A stretch of DNA of 31,863 nt. Origin: Spirochaeta sp. (GTDB lineage Bacteria > Spirochaetota > Spirochaetia > UBA9216). Location: assembly GCA_003454605.1 (NCBI GenBank), contig DMKD01000004.1, positions 1 to 31,863 on the forward strand, written 5' to 3'. Shown here piece by piece: positions 25,906-31,863 of the stretch (position 1 is the stretch's first letter; each line of letters begins with the position of its first letter). The notes beneath the pieces are model-generated. The model worked only from the letters and a program-made list of their open reading frames with translations. It did not search any database and had not been told where the DNA came from. Position numbers and translations under genes: made by a program.

Positions 25906-27807
25906 ATGTATAAACTCAGTCAAATCATCCAAAAATATAGAAACGCACGTATAGCTGTCATTGGAGATCTATGTCTTGATATGTATTACTTTCTCTCTGA
26001 GGAAAAAAGTGAAATTTCAGTTGAAACCGGACATCGCACCCAATCCGTTTCAAAATTTGCCAGCGAAGCAGGAGGCGCAGGCAATGTAGCGATCAATTTA
26101 AAAGCCCTTGGTGCGCTGAGTGTTGATGCCTACGGGGTCATTGGTGCAGATCCTTTCGGATTAACCCTGGAGTCCATCCTTTCCAAAGAAGGAGTAAACT
26201 GTGACAATGTACTAATCCAGGAAAACAATTGGAATACACATGTCTACCACAAGTTCTTTAGAAACAGAATAGAAGAACCACGCTGCGATATAGGTAATTT
26301 CAATAAAGTATCAGATACTACCATTCTGAGTCTTCTAAATAATTTTGAATCAAAACTGTCGTCATATGATGCTATAATCATAAATGAGCAGATAGCCCAT
26401 GGTTATCATAATACAAATTTTCAGGTCAAACTCTCTGCTATAATTGAACAGAACAAAAGCAAATATTTATGGATAACCGACTGCCGCCATTTAAACAGCA
26501 GATATAACCATACGATACGAAAGCTTAATATTCATGAAGCAAGGGCTATATTCACAGAGGCAAACGTTAAGGGCCGCCCGCTATCCGGAAATATTGAATT
26601 ACTGAACTGGCTCTATGCATACTGGAAAAAGCCGTTGGTTATAACCTTGGGTGAAGACGGTGCAATTGCCATTGACGACAAGGGCAACGTTCATGAAATT
26701 AACGGTGTAAATATAATAGGACAAATGGATACAGTTGGAGCTGGAGATGCCTTTCTTTCAGCCTTTGCACTAAGCCTTGCAACCGGCGGCGAGATGAGTG
26801 ATGCCCTGAACACAGGCAACCTCGCAGCTGCCGTATCAGTCACAAAGCTGTTCCAAACCGGACACCCTTCAGTTGATGAGATTATAGAAATGGGAAAATC
26901 TACCGATTACCGGTACAATCCGGAAATAGCCGCTGACATAAGAAAAGCCGAGTTCCTTGATGGCACATCAATAGAGAAAGTTGGTATTAAGAAAACCGGC
27001 TATCCACGGGTAGCAATCTTCGATCATGACGGAACAATCTCAACCCTGCGGCATGGCTGGGAACCGATAATGAAAGAGGTCTGCATGAATGCAATCCTCG
27101 GCAGCTCGATAGATCTCGCAAGCATAAAAGAATTAGACAAGGTCAGCAATGCGGTTGATGATATGATAGAAAAAACGACCGGGGTTCAGACAATAATTCA
27201 AATGCACCATTTAAGTGAAATGGTGAGGTCCTTTGGCCTGGTACCTGAAAATGAAGTTCTAAGCCCTATTGAATATAAGAAAATATATAATGACAAGCTG
27301 CTTGATATGGTTTCAGGTCGTGTCGAATTATTTAAAAAAGGACTGCTCAGTGTCGATGACGTAACCATGAAAGGGGCCTTAACATTTCTTGAACACCTGA
27401 AAAAAAGAGGGGTTCTCATCTATCTTGCAAGCGGGACAGACATGTCAGATGTACAGAGGGAAGCTTCCATCTTAGGATATGATAGCTATTTCAATGGAGG
27501 GATCTTCGGCTCTGTCGGAAACACCTCAAGCGATCCGAAACGAGGAGTGATTGAGACCATCATTAAAAGCCTTCCCGATGATATCAATGCCGAAGACTGC
27601 TATGTTTTCGGTGACGGACCAGTAGAGATGAGAGAGGCTGCAAAGAGAGAGTTCACACGAATTGGAATGGTAAGCGATGAGAGACAAAGATGGGGAATTA
27701 ATAACGAAAAGCGATCAAGGTTGATTCTCGGCGGAGCTCAGGTCCTCATACCAGACTTTTCCTGGATTCCGAAACTCGCTGCTGACCTTGGATGGGAGGA
27801 TAAATAA
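25906..27807 (+). CDS. Fusion of an HldE/RfaE domain I-like PfkB kinase and a HAD-superfamily phosphatase
   Basis: N-domain: IAVIGDLCLD, GGAGNVAINL, ITLGEDG, DTVGAGDAF. C-domain: HAD motif I FDHDGT, motif II LASGT, motif III Lys (DPKRG), motif IV FGDGPVE. Confidence 0.8.
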   Translation: MYKLSQIIQKYRNARIAVIGDLCLDMYYFLSEEKSEISVETGHRTQSVSKFASEAGGAGNVAINLKALGALSVDAYGVIGADPFGLTLESILSKEGVNCDNVLIQENNWNTHVYHKFFRNRIEEPRCDIGNFNKVSDTTILSLLNNFESKLSSYDAIIINEQIAHGYHNTNFQVKLSAIIEQNKSKYLWITDCRHLNSRYNHTIRKLNIHEARAIFTEANVKGRPLSGNIELLNWLYAYWKKPLVITLGEDGAIAIDDKGNVHEINGVNIIGQMDTVGAGDAFLSAFALSLATGGEMSDALNTGNLAAAVSVTKLFQTGHPSVDEIIEMGKSTDYRYNPEIAADIRKAEFLDGTSIEKVGIKKTGYPRVAIFDHDGTISTLRHGWEPIMKEVCMNAILGSSIDLASIKELDKVSNAVDDMIEKTTGVQTIIQMHHLSEMVRSFGLVPENEVLSPIEYKKIYNDKLLDMVSGRVELFKKGLLSVDDVTMKGALTFLEHLKKRGVLIYLASGTDMSDVQREASILGYDSYFNGGIFGSVGNTSSDPKRGVIETIIKSLPDDINAEDCYVFGDGPVEMREAAKREFTRIGMVSDERQRWGINNEKRSRLILGGAQVLIPDFSWIPKLAADLGWEDK

Positions 27808-28898
27808 TGGATTATTTCGACAGATACAAAATGAACTTTTACCCACTCAAGTCCAGAATGAGCAAGGTTGACATCGTAACATCAAGCATTAACCCCGACA
27901 GTAAGCCCGAAACGATCTCCAAAGAGGTTGAGCAAAGAATTAAAACTATCGCAGGTGAAATTAAAGAAGCAAAAGCTAATAATAGATCGGTCATGCTAAC
28001 CTTTGGTGCACATACAATCAAAAACGGATTAGGCGAGGTCCTCTCAACAATGGCCGAAGAGGGCTGGATAACTCATCTGGCAACAAATGGGGCAGGTGTT
28101 ATCCATGACTGGGAATTTGCATATCAGGGCCTCAGCTCTGAAGACGTCAGAGACAATGCCCGGGAAGGCAAATTCGGGACCTGGGAAGAAACAGGCTTAT
28201 TTATCAACCTAGCCCTGATGGATGGAGCATACCGCGGATTAGGATATGGAGAATCCGTTGGAAGCCTGATATCAATGGAAGGAATCGAGGTCCCAACCGA
28301 AGAAGAGTTAATGTCTATTGAGACACCCCTTTGGAAGAGGGCTGCTGCTGCTGATTATCTTGAACTAATTCAGGCCGAAAGAATAAAACCGGGCCGGCTT
28401 GATGTTAAGCATCCCTTCTCAAAATACAGCATTCAGGCAAGGGCTTTTGAAAATAAAACCCCATTTACCAGTCATCCGATGTTCGGGCATGACATCATCT
28501 ATACACACAGAGCCAACAGAGGTGCTGCAGTCGGCCGATGCGCCGAGAGAGATTTCCTCTCTTTTGTAGACTCTGTATCCAGACTTGAAGGCGGGGTCTA
28601 CCTCTCAATTGGCTCTGCGGTGATGTCACCGATGATATTTGAGAAATCAATCTCGATGGCCCGCAATACCGCAGTTCAGGAAGACAGGGAAATACGCGAC
28701 TGTTCCATACATGTGGTTGATCTTCAGGAAGAGACCTGGGACTGGAACGAGGGAGAGCCGCCGATGGATAATCCAGCCTACTATCTTAGATTCATGAAGA
28801 CATTTAACAGAATGGGTTGTAGAATTGATTACACAGCCATAGACAACAGAGATTTTCTTCTACATCTATATCAGGAACTGAAAAAAGGGAAGAGTTAA
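27807..28898 (+). CDS. Hypothetical protein, probably deoxyhypusine-synthase-like (DHS-like) fold
   Basis: Motifs FGAHTIKNGL, THLATNGAGVIHDWE, SEDV, GKFGTWEETG and LSIGSAVMSPMIFEK resemble an uncharacterised DHS-like family as I recall it (unverified). Start and stop overlap both neighbours (TAATG). Confidence 0.55.
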   Translation: MDYFDRYKMNFYPLKSRMSKVDIVTSSINPDSKPETISKEVEQRIKTIAGEIKEAKANNRSVMLTFGAHTIKNGLGEVLSTMAEEGWITHLATNGAGVIHDWEFAYQGLSSEDVRDNAREGKFGTWEETGLFINLALMDGAYRGLGYGESVGSLISMEGIEVPTEEELMSIETPLWKRAAAADYLELIQAERIKPGRLDVKHPFSKYSIQARAFENKTPFTSHPMFGHDIIYTHRANRGAAVGRCAERDFLSFVDSVSRLEGGVYLSIGSAVMSPMIFEKSISMARNTAVQEDREIRDCSIHVVDLQEETWDWNEGEPPMDNPAYYLRFMKTFNRMGCRIDYTAIDNRDFLLHLYQELKKGKS

Positions 28899-29548
28899 TG
28901 AATAAACAGAACAAAACCAGATTCTATATAAATGAATTAGTAGGCCGGTATCCTTTACTTGAAGACTGCCGCGGCTCGATTGAACAGGCTGCAGAATTGC
29001 TAATCAAAACGTCAGAAAATGAAGGTAAATTCCTCATCTGTGGAAATGGCGGCAGTTCAGCTGATGCTGACCACATAGTCGGCGAATTAATGAAGGGCTT
29101 CATTCTCCCAAGACCTCTTACCGCCATGCAGAAGAAATCTCTAAAAGAAACCGATACCGAATTGGGCTCTCTGATGAGTGAACGGCTGCAGCGCGGGATA
29201 CCGGCAATATCACTGAGCTCCCAAACCGCATTAAACACCGCCTTTTTAAACGATGTAGATCCGGCCCTCCTTTTTGCCCAGCAGGTCATGGGTTTCGGCA
29301 AACGCGGTGATACATTATGGGGTTTATCTACATCGGGAAACTCAAAAAATATCGTGGCTGCTGCAGTCGCAGCAAAGTCCAGAGGCTTAAAAACCCTTGC
29401 AATGACCGGAAAGAGCAGCAGCCGGCTTTCTGAAATATGTGATGTATGCATACAGGTCAATGAAACTGAAACATACAAGGTTCAGGAACTCCACCTCCCC
29501 GTCTATCACAGCTTATGCCTGATTATCGAAGACTTCTTCTTTGCATGA
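28898..29548 (+). CDS. SIS-domain sugar-phosphate isomerase, GmhA (phosphoheptose isomerase)-like
   Basis: CGNGGSSADADHIVGEL, STSGNSKNI, MTG and VQELHLPVYHSLC. The His/Glu/Gln/His metal-site residues of GmhA appear to be present. Confidence 0.85.
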   Translation: MNKQNKTRFYINELVGRYPLLEDCRGSIEQAAELLIKTSENEGKFLICGNGGSSADADHIVGELMKGFILPRPLTAMQKKSLKETDTELGSLMSERLQRGIPAISLSSQTALNTAFLNDVDPALLFAQQVMGFGKRGDTLWGLSTSGNSKNIVAAAVAAKSRGLKTLAMTGKSSSRLSEICDVCIQVNETETYKVQELHLPVYHSLCLIIEDFFFA

Positions 29549-30469
29549 AAGGGCTATGCTGAGACTGGCAAAATCCCCAATCTGCTCCCCAAGGGCTGCC
29601 GGAATTACCGAACAGACCTTTCGTGCAGCTGAAAGAGTCTCCATCTCAATCACTGCCTGCGCAGCAGGCGAAAGATACTCTCCGCAACGTGTAAATATTG
29701 AACCGATAACAATGCGCTCAGGATTCAGCAGATCAATAAGGATGGATAGCCCCATCCCCAGATGACGGCCGCTGTTTTCAAGGATTTCCAGGGCAACAGC
29801 ATCACCTTTTGATGCAGCCGCACAAACATCGCGGGCTGTAATATCATTTCCCGGAGGGAGAATGGGCGAGGATTTATGCTTCAGCACCGCTTCGGCCTGC
29901 CTGGCAATACCGCCGCCGCTGCAGAAGCCCTCAAAAGAGCCGGCTTTCCCATAACCCATGGGACCGTCATTCTTCAGCCTGATGTGACCTGCCTCACCTG
30001 CCATATCATTTGTCCCCGAATAGAGCCTGCCGTCAAGAATGAGACCCGCACCCAGGCCGGTTCCAAAAGTCAGGAAAATCATATTTGAACAACCCTTTCC
30101 CGCACCCCATTTCCATTCTGCAAGAGCACAGGCATTGGCATCGTTCTGAATTGCAGCAGGAAGCCCGAATCTAGCCTGCAGCAGACTAACAATCTCAACG
30201 TTATCCCAGCCGGGAAGATTCGGCGGGGAAAGTATAACCCCGTCCTTACTGTTTAGGGGACCGCCACAGCTGATACCAATACATTTGACATTTTTTCCTT
30301 CCGGTCCGTCTATTATTTTCTGGACATTCGCTGATATCTCCATCAGAGTCTGCTCCGGACCTCCGGATGTGGGAAATTCAATTCTTTCCAGAACTTCAGG
30401 AGTTTCATTCCCCAGTACTACAGCACACTTCGTACCGCCGATATCAATTCCAATCAATAAGTCACGCAT
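29513..30469 (-). CDS. ROK-family sugar kinase (no HTH)
   Basis: IGIDIGGTK, IGISCGGPL, PPNLPGW, QNDANACALAE, TFGTGLGAG and GEAGH. The 3' end overlaps the convergent GmhA-like gene by 36 nt. Confidence 0.9.
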   Translation of the reverse strand: MRDLLIGIDIGGTKCAVVLGNETPEVLERIEFPTSGGPEQTLMEISANVQKIIDGPEGKNVKCIGISCGGPLNSKDGVILSPPNLPGWDNVEIVSLLQARFGLPAAIQNDANACALAEWKWGAGKGCSNMIFLTFGTGLGAGLILDGRLYSGTNDMAGEAGHIRLKNDGPMGYGKAGSFEGFCSGGGIARQAEAVLKHKSSPILPPGNDITARDVCAAASKGDAVALEILENSGRHLGMGLSILIDLLNPERIVIGSIFTRCGEYLSPAAQAVIEMETLSAARKVCSVIPAALGEQIGDFASLSIALSCKEEVFDNQA

Positions 30470-30488
30470 TCAAATCTCCAAAAAATAA

Positions 30489-30522
30489 GGTTGCTCTAAA
30501 CCCGAAAGAGTATAGAGCAACC
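30489..30522 (-). terminator. Intrinsic terminator after the 5'-nucleotidase gene
   Basis: 10 bp stem GGTTGCTCTA / TAGAGCAACC with a 14 nt loop, followed by TTATTTTT on the minus strand. Confidence 0.65.
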
Positions 30523-30556
30523 CCAAAAAAATCTATATAGACTTTGTGATAAGGAT

Positions 30557-31863
30557 CTATTTCACCGTCGTTATTCGTCCTTCAACCTCATAATCAATCG
30601 GGGAATGTTTTTTCATAAACCTTGTTACTACATCAAGATCAAGCGGTCCAGCATCATAGGGATCTATTGCCTTCTCCTTCAGAACCTGAAAATCATCACC
30701 TCCACCGCGAATATAGTTATTTGCAGCAACCTTGTAAATCCTGTTCGGATCAAGAGGCTCCCAACCGCCGCGGCCGTCTGCAATCATCACTTCTGTAACT
30801 CTTCCGCCTGTCTGTGCAGCATAATCGAAGGCGGGTTTAGACGGATCCCAGACCATTTTGGCACCGGCCATCTGCAGGAATCGTCCGGCTCCCTCTTCTA
30901 CCTGACTTAATCCGTGATCAAACACCTGCCATAGATCGGAACCCTTAATTTCAAAGGTCGCAACAAGGTTGCCGAAGGGAAGAACCTCCATCAGGCCCTG
31001 CATTGTAAGCTCTCCTGCTCCTACATCAGCCCTTATACCGCCGGCATTTGTTAACGCCACCTGTACACCGAAGGGACCGACCTCTTCAAGCATGGCATCG
31101 GCAATAAGATTCCCGATATTACTTTCTTCAGTTCTTGAGCGGATAAGCTCTGATTTTACGGTTCCGAGAACCTTTCCGGTGAAGGGAGCAAGCTCAACAT
31201 TCTTAGCATCAACATAGGATTGAATGACAGAGTCGGAAGGTACATCGGCTGTCATCTTAATCGGCGAGCCCCACCAGCTTGATGCAACACCCTCTTCATC
31301 GAAGACAACCGTCAGATTACCGAGATATTTGTTATATTCATTAGCCTGAACGATCAGTACTGGTTCTTCGCCTGCTGATTCAACAACTGCGGGGTAATCA
31401 TCTCCCGTTATAAAGGTGTGCGAATGGCCGCCGACAACGATATCAACACCGTCGAGGGATGCTGCTGCTTCCTTGTCATTCATAAAACCGTTATGACTGA
31501 GCATAATTATGACATCTACTCCCATCGCCTCCAGCTCATCTACTACAGGCTGAACCGAATCGACAACATCATTGAACACTACGCCCGGTGCAGGGCTTGA
31601 GATGGTCGGGGTAGAAGGAAGGGTTGAGCCCACGATTCCGACTCTTCTGCCGTCAACCCATTTTATCAGATAGGGCTGTATAAATCCGTCAATATCAGGA
31701 TATCTGCTGAAATCAATATTTGTATTAACTACAGGTGTATCAAGGCCTGTAAGGAATTTTTTCATTCCCTCATTGCCCTTATCAAACTCATGGTTCCCGA
31801 GGGTCATGGCATCATAATCTAGCAGATTCATAACATCGCGATCGGCAGTACCCTCGAATACAG
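30557..31863 (-). CDS. 5'-nucleotidase / UDP-sugar hydrolase (UshA-like), 5' end outside the window
   Basis: Metallophosphatase motifs GNHEFD, LSHNG and GGHSH; C-domain RTEESNIGNLIADAM, NAGGIRA and LPFGN. The frame stays open past ATG 31831 to the window edge (VFEGTADRDVMN). Confidence 0.92.
   Translation of the reverse strand, partial: VFEGTADRDVMNLLDYDAMTLGNHEFDKGNEGMKKFLTGLDTPVVNTNIDFSRYPDIDGFIQPYLIKWVDGRRVGIVGSTLPSTPTISSPAPGVVFNDVVDSVQPVVDELEAMGVDVIIMLSHNGFMNDKEAAASLDGVDIVVGGHSHTFITGDDYPAVVESAGEEPVLIVQANEYNKYLGNLTVVFDEEGVASSWWGSPIKMTADVPSDSVIQSYVDAKNVELAPFTGKVLGTVKSELIRSRTEESNIGNLIADAMLEEVGPFGVQVALTNAGGIRADVGAGELTMQGLMEVLPFGNLVATFEIKGSDLWQVFDHGLSQVEEGAGRFLQMAGAKMVWDPSKPAFDYAAQTGGRVTEVMIADGRGGWEPLDPNRIYKVAANNYIRGGGDDFQVLKEKAIDPYDAGPLDLDVVTRFMKKHSPIDYEVEGRITTVK

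Noticed and set aside
28924-29478. 184 aa antisense ORF over the GmhA-like gene
   Set aside because: Shadow ORF; the sense gene has clear SIS motifs.
25906-29548. Interpretation as a standard ADP-heptose (LPS core) biosynthesis operon
   Set aside because: No adenylyltransferase, epimerase or heptosyltransferase in the window, and the context is an importer, aldolase and catabolic repressor. It is not fully excluded, because those genes could lie elsewhere.
1-31863. CRISPR arrays, tRNA/rRNA genes, integrase or prophage genes
   Set aside because: No regularly spaced repeat-spacer pattern, structured RNA gene, recombinase or phage structural gene was seen.

Overview
A 31.9 kb bacterial chromosomal window. 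The host is probably a free-living spirochaete, inferred from N-terminal AGGQQE/GNxE-type motifs in exported proteins and a spirochaete-like lipoprotein. Left part (1-8.2 kb): the end of a ribokinase-family gene, a Gfo/Idh/MocA oxidoreductase, small hypothetical genes, two related exported proteins ahead of an OmpR-family regulator and sensor kinase, and a 585 bp internally deleted IS4-family element with perfect 18 bp terminal inverted repeats. Middle (8.2-15.0 kb): a two-gene operon of a SNF2 ATPase and an 839 aa partner (CxxC zinc finger, likely XPB-N/Helicase_C_3-like C-terminal domain), an rve transposase remnant and a higBA toxin-antitoxin pair. This segment is bracketed by a degenerate direct repeat of the 3' end of the neighbouring NtrC-family gene. 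Right part (14.9-31.9 kb): a large sugar-utilisation locus. It holds a sigma54-promoted ABC transporter plus histidine kinase plus NtrC-family activator operon with tandem palindromic upstream sites, and a ROK repressor/PfkB kinase/class II aldolase operon. It also holds a divergent, translationally coupled operon (HldE-like kinase-HAD fusion, deoxyhypusine-synthase-like protein, GmhA-like isomerase), a convergent ROK kinase and a truncated 5'-nucleotidase. The two best candidates for undescribed systems are this sugar locus (possibly heptose catabolism) and the SNF2 plus partner module. All protein family calls come from motif recognition by eye; no database search was run.
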